From positions 110,558 to 174,557 of the forward strand of contig JADKBK010000008.1 in assembly GCA_016715075.1 (NCBI GenBank): 64,000 nucleotides of DNA. The letters are read 5' to 3'. This stretch comes from Bacteroidales bacterium (lineage in GTDB: Bacteria; Bacteroidota; Bacteroidia; Bacteroidales; VadinHA17). Of this stretch, positions 20,028-29,113 are shown one piece after another. Each line of letters starts with the position of its first letter. Positions within the stretch are counted from its first letter, which is position 1. The position numbers and the translations under genes are program-made. The notes under the pieces were generated by a model. It made no database searches. It had not been told where the DNA came from and was given only the letters and a program-made list of their open reading frames with translations.

Positions 20028-21479
20028 ATGAAGGATTTGCAGATGAGAAAGATTAAAAGACTGATTATCATAATAATAGCCTGTGCATTTTATCTGAATG
20101 CAAATAGTCAGTTTTATAATGGACATCAAATGACATTCGGTAAAAACAAGGTACAGTATTATGATTATTACTGGCAGTACTACCGTTTTGACGATTTTGA
20201 CTGTTATTTTAATGAATTCGGCCGTGATCTTGCAGAGTTCACTGCCGACTTTGCAGAGAAAAAACTTGCTGAGATTGAAGATTATTTTGATTACACACTT
20301 GAAAAAAGACTGATCTTCATTATCTATAATAAAAATGCGGAATACAAACAATCCAATATCGGCCTGGTAACTTCAGATCAGGACAGCTATAATACGGGCG
20401 GATACAGCAGAATAATCAAAAACAAGGTTATGCTGTATTATGAAGGTGATCACCAGGCATATGAACGACAGATCTCAGCAGCAATTACTGAAGTGATAAT
20501 CAATGAAATGCTTTACAATGCCGATCTTAAGGACAGGATTGCAAGTTCATCTGTTATTCATATGCCGGATTGGTATATAAAAGGTCTTGTTAAGTATGTA
20601 TCGTCAGGCTGGAATTATGAAGCTGAAAACCGGATCAAAGACGGTCTCAAATCAGGCAAATACAAAAATATCAATCACCTTGAGTATGATGATGCGGTGG
20701 ATGCCGGCCAGTCATTCTGGAGATTTATCGGGAAGAAATATGGTGATGTGCTTATTCCGAATATTATCTATCTTACAAAGATCTATAAGAACGTTGATGA
20801 TGGCTTTCTGTATGTTATAGGCAGTGATCTCCGTGAACTTCTGAAGGAGTGGCAGAAATATTATCTCGGTGAATTTGCAGATGACAGGAATCTCCCTGCC
20901 GATGATGCAAATACAATAAAAAAGTCGAAAAAAGAGCAGATATACCAACAGGTAAAGGTCAGTCCCGGTGGAGAATATATTGCATATGTTACAAATGACT
21001 GGGGGAGAAAGAAGATATGGCTTTACAACCAGGCTACCGGCAAACAGAAGGTCATTTTCAGAAAAGAACCAAAATTCGAACAGATCACTGATAATAGCTA
21101 CCCTGTACTCACATGGCACCCAACAGGTAAGATTCTTACTTATATAAATGAGGAAAAAGCTGATCTTGTAATGTATTTTTACAGGGTCAACGAGAAGAAA
21201 ACGGAGAAGAGAAACCTGCTCTATTTTGATAAGGTGCTTGACTTCTCCTATTCACCAGAAGGGTCAAGGCTCATTATGTCGGCTGTTAAGGATGGAACAA
21301 CAGACCTTTACATACACACTATCTCATCCGGCACCAATGAGCAGATCACCAGGGATATCCCTGATGACCTGCATCCCTCCTTTATAAAGGATTCACAGGA
21401 TGAGATCCTCTTCACATCAAACAGGGTCTCTGATACACTTCGGAATACCGGAGATCCCTTTGAAAAAACCTGCTCTTAA
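20028..21479 (+). CDS. Large outer-membrane protein, N-terminal fragment (unknown domain plus TolB/PD40-like beta-propeller repeats)
   Basis: Signal-like N-terminus. PD40-like segments (SPGGEYIAYVTND, YSPEGSRLIMSAVKDGTTDLY). Interrupted at an A6 run (21463-21468). Confidence 0.75.
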   Translation: MKDLQMRKIKRLIIIIIACAFYLNANSQFYNGHQMTFGKNKVQYYDYYWQYYRFDDFDCYFNEFGRDLAEFTADFAEKKLAEIEDYFDYTLEKRLIFIIYNKNAEYKQSNIGLVTSDQDSYNTGGYSRIIKNKVMLYYEGDHQAYERQISAAITEVIINEMLYNADLKDRIASSSVIHMPDWYIKGLVKYVSSGWNYEAENRIKDGLKSGKYKNINHLEYDDAVDAGQSFWRFIGKKYGDVLIPNIIYLTKIYKNVDDGFLYVIGSDLRELLKEWQKYYLGEFADDRNLPADDANTIKKSKKEQIYQQVKVSPGGEYIAYVTNDWGRKKIWLYNQATGKQKVIFRKEPKFEQITDNSYPVLTWHPTGKILTYINEEKADLVMYFYRVNEKKTEKRNLLYFDKVLDFSYSPEGSRLIMSAVKDGTTDLYIHTISSGTNEQITRDIPDDLHPSFIKDSQDEILFTSNRVSDTLRNTGDPFEKTCS

Positions 21480-21578
21480 TTTCGACCTGTTCACTTATAA
21501 CCTTACCAGGGGAAATAATGTTCTTGTAAGGCTGTCTGAAGATAAATACACTGACAGGATGCAGCGTACTGCAATTGA

Positions 21579-23318
21579 AAAAACAAATTCTCATATATTG
21601 GTGATCAGAATGGAATCCTTAACCGCTATGTTGCCAGGTTCGACAGTACTATCAGCTTTATTGATACAACTACACATTACAGATATTATATAAAATCAAA
21701 ACCTGTCACCAATTATGACAGGAATATACTTAATCAGTCGGTATCAAACGGGTCCGACGTCTTTGGGGAAGTATTATTCAGCAAAAGGAAATACAACTTA
21801 AGAAAGGGGCTCATAAGCGAGTCTGATGCCATCTCTCCCTCCGAGATTACAATGACCTCCTTCAGGAAGGAAAGAACTCGCCTCTTGCATAAGGCAGACA
21901 GTGTTGAACAGTTAAGGCAATGGCTCATAGCTGAGGACAGGAAGAGAAGAGATACACTAAAGAAGCCAATATATGAGTATTATATAAAGAATGAACCAAT
22001 CGATATCAACCATTATATTTTTGAAAAGGAGAAACAGAATTACTATGAGCAGCTGTGGAGGAAAAAATATATGGATATTGACCTTGATACGGGAGGTATT
22101 GAAATGCCGCAGATCAGGATATATGAAAAATCATTTTACAACAATTACCTTGTCACTCAGGTTGACTTCAGCTTTCTGAACAATACATACCAGGTTTATA
22201 GCGGTGGTGCTCCCTACTTTAACCCGGGGGTGAATATCCTTACAAGGTTCGGGACCGTCGATCTGTTTGAAAATTATCGTATTACTGGAGGCTTCAGGCT
22301 TGCCGGGAATTTTGACAGCAATGAGTATCTTTTAAGTGTGGAAAACCTTAAAGGATCCTTCGACAAACAGCTTATTTATCACAGGCAGGCATTCCTGAAT
22401 TATAATGATTCGGTACTGTTTAAAACAATCTCCCAGAATATTTATCTCTCCTATTCCAAGGCGCTGACTGAAGTATTTGCACTTAAGGGTACTGTTTCAT
22501 ACAGGTTTGACCGTCAGGTAATACTGTCAACAGACATGGCTTCGCTGAATTATAGGGATATCACCAAACACTGGGCCAGTCTCAAGGGAGAAATGATCTA
22601 TGACAATACCCGCAAAAGACTCATAAACATTTACTATGGGACCAGGTTTAAAATCTTCGGTGAATATTACAGGGAGCTTACAAGCGCTAAGTCTGATATG
22701 GTGGTACTGGGAATTGATTTCCGCAAATATATCCGCATTCACAGGGAATTGATCTGGGCAAACAGGTTTGCAGCCAGTACATCATTCGGACCTACCAAGC
22801 TTATTTATTACCTGGGAGGTGTCGACAACTGGATGGGCTATCTGTTCAATGATGTCAATATGTTGAATAGCGCTATTCCTGTTACGCCAAATGTCAACTA
22901 TGGCTTTCAGGCCCTTGCGACAAATATGCGCGGGTTCACTCAGAACATCAGAAATGGCAATAGCTTTGCGCTCATTAACAGCGAGTTACGCTGGCCGGTT
23001 ATCAGGTACCTTGTCGGACATCCTCTGCGTTCCAATTTCCTGAACAGCGTTCAGGTTGTCGGGTTTGGTGATATAGGAACTGCCTGGTCAGGAAAATCAC
23101 CATGGGATGACTTTAACGGCTATGCAACTGAAAAGCTGACAAATGGACCGGTGAGTGTCACTCTTGATTCAAATATCAGACCCATTGTTACTGGTTTCGG
23201 GGTAGGTGCCAGAGCTCAGGTCCTGGGATATTTTGTGAGAGCAGACTGGGCATGGGGAATAGATAACAACTATATTCTGCCAAGGATCTTCTATCTCTCT
23301 TTCAGCCTCGATTTTTAG
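21579..23318 (+). CDS. Same large outer-membrane protein, C-terminal fragment with an Omp85/surface-antigen-like beta-barrel end
   Basis: The frame is open from 21579 (the ATG-delimited ORF is 21852..23318). The end has alternating barrel strands and ...RADWAWG...FYLSFSLDF. The 21469-21580 piece in a third frame bridges the two fragments. Confidence 0.72.
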   Translation, partial: KNKFSYIGDQNGILNRYVARFDSTISFIDTTTHYRYYIKSKPVTNYDRNILNQSVSNGSDVFGEVLFSKRKYNLRKGLISESDAISPSEITMTSFRKERTRLLHKADSVEQLRQWLIAEDRKRRDTLKKPIYEYYIKNEPIDINHYIFEKEKQNYYEQLWRKKYMDIDLDTGGIEMPQIRIYEKSFYNNYLVTQVDFSFLNNTYQVYSGGAPYFNPGVNILTRFGTVDLFENYRITGGFRLAGNFDSNEYLLSVENLKGSFDKQLIYHRQAFLNYNDSVLFKTISQNIYLSYSKALTEVFALKGTVSYRFDRQVILSTDMASLNYRDITKHWASLKGEMIYDNTRKRLINIYYGTRFKIFGEYYRELTSAKSDMVVLGIDFRKYIRIHRELIWANRFAASTSFGPTKLIYYLGGVDNWMGYLFNDVNMLNSAIPVTPNVNYGFQALATNMRGFTQNIRNGNSFALINSELRWPVIRYLVGHPLRSNFLNSVQVVGFGDIGTAWSGKSPWDDFNGYATEKLTNGPVSVTLDSNIRPIVTGFGVGARAQVLGYFVRADWAWGIDNNYILPRIFYLSFSLDF

Positions 23319-23337
23319 TCCAATCAAAAGTTTTAAA

Positions 23338-24549
23338 ATGTCCGGAATAAAAGAAAAAATTCTGCATCAGTCTGCTGAACTCAGAGATGAAGTGATAAGA
23401 CTCCGTCGCCATTTTCATAAATTTCCGGAATTATCCTATAAGGAAACTGATACTGCCGCCTTCATTTGCGAATGGCTTCAAAAAAACGGAATCCCTTTCA
23501 GAAAAGAAATAGCTGGAACAGGGATCATTGGGGCCATAAAAGGGACTGGTACAGGAGATAAAGTTATAGCCATAAGGGCAGAAATGGATGCCCTTCCAAT
23601 AACGGAAAGGAATCAGGCCGATTATTCAAGCATACACACAGGGATCATGCATGCATGTGGTCACGATGCACATATGGCAATGCTGATGGGAACAGCAACA
23701 GTGCTTAATAATAATCGCGATATGTTCGGGGGCACAGTGCTGCTAATCTTCCAGCCGGGAGAGGAAAAATCACCCGGTGGCGCTAAGCTGATGATTGAAT
23801 CAGGAGAACTTAATGATCCGAAACCTGACATAATAATAGCACAACATATACTTCCTGAACTTGAAACCGGCAAGACAGGCTATAAAGCCGGACGCTATAT
23901 GGCTTCATGTGATGAAATTTATATTACAGTGGCCGGAAGAGGGGGACATGCTGCTTTGCCAGGGCTCACAACCGACCAGATATATATTGCATCTCACCTT
24001 GTTGTCAGACTGAAAGACCGGATGGCAGCACACCAGGCTGTGAATAAGATCCCTACTGTCCTGGGGATCGGAAGGATTTCAGGTGAAGGTGCAACGAATA
24101 TAATTCCTGAAAAGGTAGAAATTGCCGGGACCTTCAGGACATTTGACGAAAAATGGAGGAAAGAAGCGTTGGATCTGGTCAGACTTATTGCCGATGAAAC
24201 AGCTGTTGAATTCGGAGTAAGAATAATTGTCAGAGTTGAGACAGGATATCCCGTCCTTGTAAATGACGATAAGCTTACATCCAGAGCCATGGAACTCAGC
24301 AAAGGTCTTTTGGGAAATGATAAAATTGAGACTTTTGATATCAGGATGAGCTCCGACGACTTTTCATTCTATTCTGCCCTTGCCCCGTCACTTTATTACA
24401 GAATTGGAATAAGGAAGAAAGATACTGAAATGAGGAAGCTTCACACAGCGGATTTTGACCTTGATGAGGAAGGGTTAGTTACAGGTGTTGCAAATCTGAC
24501 ATGGCTAATCCATAACTTTTTAAGCGGTGATCAGAGAAATCAATCCTGA
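23338..24549 (+). CDS. M20D-family amidohydrolase (N-acyl-amino-acid amidohydrolase / hippurate hydrolase type)
   Basis: RRHFHKFPELSYKE, MHACGHDAH, and FQPGEE metal-ligand motifs. Confidence 0.88.
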   Translation: MSGIKEKILHQSAELRDEVIRLRRHFHKFPELSYKETDTAAFICEWLQKNGIPFRKEIAGTGIIGAIKGTGTGDKVIAIRAEMDALPITERNQADYSSIHTGIMHACGHDAHMAMLMGTATVLNNNRDMFGGTVLLIFQPGEEKSPGGAKLMIESGELNDPKPDIIIAQHILPELETGKTGYKAGRYMASCDEIYITVAGRGGHAALPGLTTDQIYIASHLVVRLKDRMAAHQAVNKIPTVLGIGRISGEGATNIIPEKVEIAGTFRTFDEKWRKEALDLVRLIADETAVEFGVRIIVRVETGYPVLVNDDKLTSRAMELSKGLLGNDKIETFDIRMSSDDFSFYSALAPSLYYRIGIRKKDTEMRKLHTADFDLDEEGLVTGVANLTWLIHNFLSGDQRNQS

Positions 24550-24612
24550 AATTCTCTGCTGAATATTATCAGATATATTTGTCATGTTTTTCTTGCAATT
24601 CAAAATTTTGAG

Positions 24613-24620
24613 TAATTTTG
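24613..24620 (+). promoter_or_regulatory. -7 box TAATTTTG for the ferredoxin gene
   Basis: Matches TAnnTTTG, 39 nt upstream of the ATG at 24659. Confidence 0.45.
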
Positions 24621-24658
24621 TCCTTTAATTGTAATTAACCAATCAAAAAATAATCGAA

Positions 24659-24826
24659 ATGGCTTACAAAATTAATGATGATTGCACTGCTTGCGGAACA
24701 TGCATTGACGAGTGCCCGGTTGAAGCGATATCTGAAGGCGATATTTATAAAATCGATCCTGATGTATGCACCGACTGTGGTGCCTGTGCAGATGTTTGCC
24801 CTGTAGAGGCTATTCATCCTGAATAG
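24659..24826 (+). CDS. 2x[4Fe-4S] ferredoxin, 55 aa
   Basis: Below the ORF-track size cutoff. My translation is MAYKINDDCTACGTCIDECPVEAISEGDIYKIDPDVCTDCGACADVCPVEAIHPE, with two CxxCxxCxxxCP clusters. The 60-aa track ORF on the opposite strand is its antisense shadow. Confidence 0.9.
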   Translation: MAYKINDDCTACGTCIDECPVEAISEGDIYKIDPDVCTDCGACADVCPVEAIHPE

Positions 24827-24835
24827 GATTGCAAT

Positions 24836-25903
24836 TTAAAAATAAAATGTAGGGACACAGGTTTTTGTGTCCCTACATTTATTTTGGGGATCATACTTTG
24901 CTTTTTCCAGAATTGATTGGATATCCGTATTAATCATTAAATCATTAAGAGAAATATCAGGGTTTTTCATCATGTACGATTCAACAATCCTGAATCCGAT
25001 CCAGATGGCAGCCCTTCCGGGTGATTCATTTGTAAAAAAGCTTGTAAAAGGGGCCTCCCCTGTAAGCTTGCGGATTGTGAACTTATCAGTATTAAACAGT
25101 AAGTCATTCTCGATCAGATACTGCCACATCTGACTTTCATTGTTCCTGCAGAACTTCTGCTGGTCTGCAGTAAAACCAAATAATAACTCGCCGGAGGTCT
25201 CAGGCAACATGCATTTACTGAAATATTTCAGCTTTCCTTCATGTATCATCTCTGAAAGTACATTGTCAGCAGGGTATCTGAGAGCTGAAAAATCCCACTC
25301 CGAAACAGCCCATCCATACATGCAATCAGGAACAATAATCTCCGGAGTCATCCTGTCAGCCACATATTTATAAATTTCCAGCCGCTTGTAGTATTCGCAA
25401 TCAGCGCCCAGATAACGGTCAAGTCCTATTCCAAGAACTGAATCACCCGTAATAATGCTGTTATTAAAACCGGCTATGCAGGTATAAACAGCCGGCACTT
25501 TCCGTTGCGGAAAATAGTAGATATAATGACGGAAAGCCTCCTTCAGATCCCTTTCAATGGCCGATACATCAGGATAAACCTTCATCACAGATGAATATAC
25601 CTCATTATTGAGCTTGTCTGTACAAAATCTGACAAGGAAATCACCAAAGGAGGAATCATTAATATCTCCTGTATTTATAACATAACTGAAGAGCTGCAGA
25701 AAATCGCTATACCGGCTTTTCAGAACCGGTACAGCCGCCGGAATATCATTTGGATTCAGAGAGAAAAGATCTTTTTCAAGTCTTTTTATCTCAATATTAA
25801 CCTTAATTGAAGATGTATTGACCTTATAATGATCCCTTTTACAGGAAAACACCATTGCGGTGAACACTATTATAAAGACAGTAACTGCAGACCGGGAAAT
25901 CAT
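24836..25903 (-). CDS. gldB: GldB-like gliding-motility lipoprotein
   Basis: Lipobox VFSCK. The C-terminal region NESPGRAAIWIGFRIVESYMMKNPDISLNDLM...EKAKYDP resembles my recollection of Flavobacterium GldB. Divergent from nadE. Confidence 0.65.
   Translation of the reverse strand: MISRSAVTVFIIVFTAMVFSCKRDHYKVNTSSIKVNIEIKRLEKDLFSLNPNDIPAAVPVLKSRYSDFLQLFSYVINTGDINDSSFGDFLVRFCTDKLNNEVYSSVMKVYPDVSAIERDLKEAFRHYIYYFPQRKVPAVYTCIAGFNNSIITGDSVLGIGLDRYLGADCEYYKRLEIYKYVADRMTPEIIVPDCMYGWAVSEWDFSALRYPADNVLSEMIHEGKLKYFSKCMLPETSGELLFGFTADQQKFCRNNESQMWQYLIENDLLFNTDKFTIRKLTGEAPFTSFFTNESPGRAAIWIGFRIVESYMMKNPDISLNDLMINTDIQSILEKAKYDPQNKCRDTKTCVPTFYF
24847..24878. terminator. Perfect 13-bp stem / 6-nt loop hairpin flanked by T/A runs; likely a bidirectional terminator
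   Basis: ATGTAGGGACACA-ggtttt-TGTGTCCCTACAT, followed by TTTATTTT on the + strand and preceded by AAAAATAAA. Sits between the convergent ferredoxin and gldB-like genes and overlaps the last 14 codons of the latter ORF. Confidence 0.7.
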
Positions 25904-25994
25904 AATTTAATATTTTTCAGCTGTCAAAAATAATCACTTTTTCTCATTAAAGGCAAAATCATAAGATGATGGGGCAAATTCTCTTAAACACTAT

Positions 25995-26014
25995 TAAAAC
26001 CTAATAAAACCTAA
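25995..26014. repeat. Tandem 10-mer TAAAACCTAA x2 in the gldB/nadE divergent spacer
   Basis: Read directly: TAAAACCTAA TAAAACCTAA. Confidence 0.6.
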
Positions 26015-26066
26015 TATTTATTATTAATTTCTATTTTTACAATGAATTGACATTAGTGAATACAAT

Positions 26067-27718
26067 ATGAGAATCACCGTTGCACAGCTGAATTATCATA
26101 TAGGAAATTTTTCCAGGAATAAAGAATTGATATGCAATGCAATAGCAAAAGCAAGGGAGGAAAATTCCGACCTTATTGTATTTTCAGAACTATGCATTTC
26201 AGGCTACCCGCCCTTGATCTTCTCGACAGGCTTGATTTTATTGAGAAGTGCAATCGGGCGGTAATGGAAATAGCTGAAAAATGTGTCGGAATAACTGCAA
26301 TAGTAGGCTCTCCCACACTCAATAACCAGCCCGAGGGCAAGAAGCTTTTTAATTCAGCCCTGGTACTATCGGAAGGAAGGATCATCTTTACGGCAAATAA
26401 GTCTCTGCTGCCAACCTATGATATTTTTGATGAATACCGGTACTTTGAACCGGAGAACACATTCTCTGTGTTTCATTTTATGGGAAAGAGAATTGCTCTG
26501 ACTGTATGTGAAGATCTGTGGGATGAACAGCCTTTCGACAATGAATTCGAGAAGACCAGGCTTTACACTCTCTCGCCTATGGAGGAGCTTGCAAGGCAGG
26601 ATCCTGACCTCATAATAAATATTTCAGCATCACCATTTTCATATACAAAAACTGAGGCAAAAGCAGATATCTTCAGATCTAAAGCTCTGAAATACAAGAT
26701 ACCTGTGATAACAGTCAACCAGACAGGAGCGAATACCGAACTTATCTTTGATGGCGCTTCGCTAATTGTGAATCAGCATGGTGAAATATGTTACCAGCTT
26801 CCGTTTTTTGAAGAGGATATCCAGACATTCTCCCTTGAGGACATCATTTCCGGCAATTTGATGAAGGAATCTGCCAGACCGGGGGCAATTCCGCTGATCC
26901 ATAAGGCCCTTGTCACGGGTGTGCGCGATTATTTTTCAAAAACCGGGCTTAAAAGTGCAATAATAGGACTCTCCGGTGGTATAGATTCAGCCATCTGTCT
27001 CTGCCTGGCTGCAGAAGCTCTTGGAAATGAAAATGTGAGAGCGCTTCTCATGCCTTCAAGATATTCATCGGGTCATTCCGTTACAGATGCTGTCGATCTT
27101 GCCAATAACCTTAAAGTACATTTTGATTTAATAAGCATTGAAAAACCTTTCAGTGCTTTCGAGGAAGAACTGGCAACACTTTTCAAAGGCAGGGAGAGGG
27201 ATGTAACTGAAGAAAATATCCAGGCACGGGTAAGAGCAACGCTCCTGATGGCTGTCTCAAATAAATTTGGCTGCATTTTGCTTAACACATCAAACAAGAG
27301 CGAAGCAGCGGTTGGATATGGAACGTTATACGGAGATATGGCAGGAGGCTTATCCGTTATCGGAGATGTCTATAAGACCGACATTTACAGGCTTGCAGAA
27401 TATATAAATCATCAAAAAGAAATTATACCAGCCAATATCATAAAAAAAGAGCCATCTGCAGAACTGAGACCCGACCAGCTTGATTCGGATTCGCTTCCAG
27501 AATACAGCATTCTCGACTCAATCCTGTACCAGTACATTGAATTGCAGAAACCGGCTGATAGAATAATAAGAGAAGGTTCAGACAGGGATACTGTTAACAG
27601 AGTTATCAGAATGATCAATTTCAATGAATACAAGCGATACCAGGCTCCTCCTGTTTTAAGAATCTCTTCAAAGGCATTTGGTGCCGGAAGAAGAATGCCT
27701 CTCGTGGCCAGGTATTGA
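26067..27718 (+). CDS. nadE: Glutamine-dependent NAD+ synthetase (nitrilase-like domain plus NAD synthase domain); frameshifted near 26211
   Basis: N-fragment MRITVAQLNYHIGNF...SELCISGYPP, then the frame changes at a C3 run to continue LDLLDRLDF... PP-loop GLSGGIDSA. The track splits it into 26067..26264 and 26132..27718. Confidence 0.9.
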
Positions 27719-27779
27719 TTCCTTCTTTCCAGGCTGCTTCTTATCTATCCCGTTTTGTACAAATCATAAAATCCAATAA

Positions 27780-27800
27780 AGTCAGATCTTACATCTGACT
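27780..27800 (+). terminator. 8-bp stem hairpin downstream of nadE (no U-tract)
   Basis: AGTCAGAT-cttac-ATCTGACT, 62 nt after the nadE stop. Confidence 0.35.
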
Positions 27801-27885
27801 GTAATTGAATATGTTAAAAAATGTAAAATTTTTAAACGGAAAAATCCTTTTATTAACTTTACATGTTTTTTAACATCATTTTCCT

Positions 27886-28587
27886 ATGCCATATATAAAT
27901 CCCTATATTGAAATGTGCCTTGAAAGCCCTTCTTCTCTTTTTAAAGGATTAAACCAGAAAGATAAGGAGGTAATAGATCAGCATCATACAATCAACAGGA
28001 TAAAAAAGGGAGGCTATCTCTTCAGGGAAGGAGAAAAAGTAAGAGGATTGGTTTGCCTCATTTCTGGGAAGGCAAAGGTATGCAGGACCGGAGTGGCAGG
28101 CCGCGAACACATTATGAGATTGCTTAAAGAATACGATATGGCAGGATTTCAGTCGGTTTTTACTGAGAGTCCGTGGCCCTATTCAGCTATCGCCCTTGAA
28201 GATTCAGTAATCTGTACAATTGAAAAACAATGCTTTCTAAGGATCCTCAGGAGTAATCCCGACTTATCACTTAAGATAAACAGGATACTTTCAGAAGAGC
28301 TTGGCTTATCTTACGAAAAGATGGTATCTCTTACACAGAAACATGTCAGGGGACGGCTTGTCGAATCTCTCCTGATGCTGGGTAGTATATATGGTTATGA
28401 GAATGATGGAAAAACAATAAATGCCTCTCTGTCAAGAAATGATATTGCACATCTATCAAACATGACCACCTCGAATGCTATACGAACTCTTTCAAACCTT
28501 GCATCAGAAGGACTGATAAGAATCAAGGGAAGAAAGATAAGTATCCTGAATATTGAAAATCTTGAGAGGATAAGTGAACAGGCCTGA
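27886..28587 (+). CDS. Crp/Fnr-family transcriptional regulator
   Basis: cNMP-binding-like beta-roll (GGYLFREGEK...GLVCLISGKAKV) and a C-terminal HTH (SRNDIAHLSNMTTSNAIRTLSNL). Confidence 0.88.
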   Translation: MPYINPYIEMCLESPSSLFKGLNQKDKEVIDQHHTINRIKKGGYLFREGEKVRGLVCLISGKAKVCRTGVAGREHIMRLLKEYDMAGFQSVFTESPWPYSAIALEDSVICTIEKQCFLRILRSNPDLSLKINRILSEELGLSYEKMVSLTQKHVRGRLVESLLMLGSIYGYENDGKTINASLSRNDIAHLSNMTTSNAIRTLSNLASEGLIRIKGRKISILNIENLERISEQA

Positions 28588-28640
28588 AAGAGAAAACTCT
28601 ATATAGCAAAGAAGAAGATTATAAATCCATAGTATAGATC

Positions 28641-29108
28641 TTATTCCCTGAAAAAGACCCTTTTAACCCTCATTGGAACGGAGGTGAGAATCTCATAAGG
28701 TATTGTACCGCATTTAGCTGCAATTTCATCTATTGAAATATTATCGCCAAAGATCTCAGCTTCATCACCGGCCTCAGCTTTCAGTCCGGAAACATCGGCC
28801 ATGCACATATCCATACAGACATTTCCGACTATAGGTGCCCTTTTTTCCTTTATGAAAAAGCATCCTTTCCTGTTTCCCAGCCTTCTGCTCAGGCCGTCGG
28901 CATATCCCACTGGCAGAATTGCGATAGTCCTGTCGGTATCCGACACATCGACACAGCCATATCCCACTGGTTCACCTGCCTTTACCTGCTTTACCTGGGA
29001 GATCCTTGTTCTGAACCGTCCTGCAGGCTTTAGTGAGAGACCCTCCAGATGACCGACACCATAAATTCCTATGCCCGGACGAACCATTTCAAATTGAAAC
29101 TGCGGCAT
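28641..29108 (-). CDS. alr: Alanine racemase C-terminal fragment of the MurF-Alr fusion (frameshifted)
   Basis: FEMVRPGIGIYG...PVGYADG...GNVCMDMCM are alanine racemase C-domain motifs. Continues the 29114..31102 ORF in another frame. Confidence 0.88.
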   Translation of the reverse strand: MPQFQFEMVRPGIGIYGVGHLEGLSLKPAGRFRTRISQVKQVKAGEPVGYGCVDVSDTDRTIAILPVGYADGLSRRLGNRKGCFFIKEKRAPIVGNVCMDMCMADVSGLKAEAGDEAEIFGDNISIDEIAAKCGTIPYEILTSVPMRVKRVFFRE

Positions 29109-29113
29109 GCGTG

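Noticed and set aside
24635-24817. 60-aa minus-strand ORF in the track
   Set aside because: It is the antisense shadow of the clearly real 2x[4Fe-4S] ferredoxin on the + strand.
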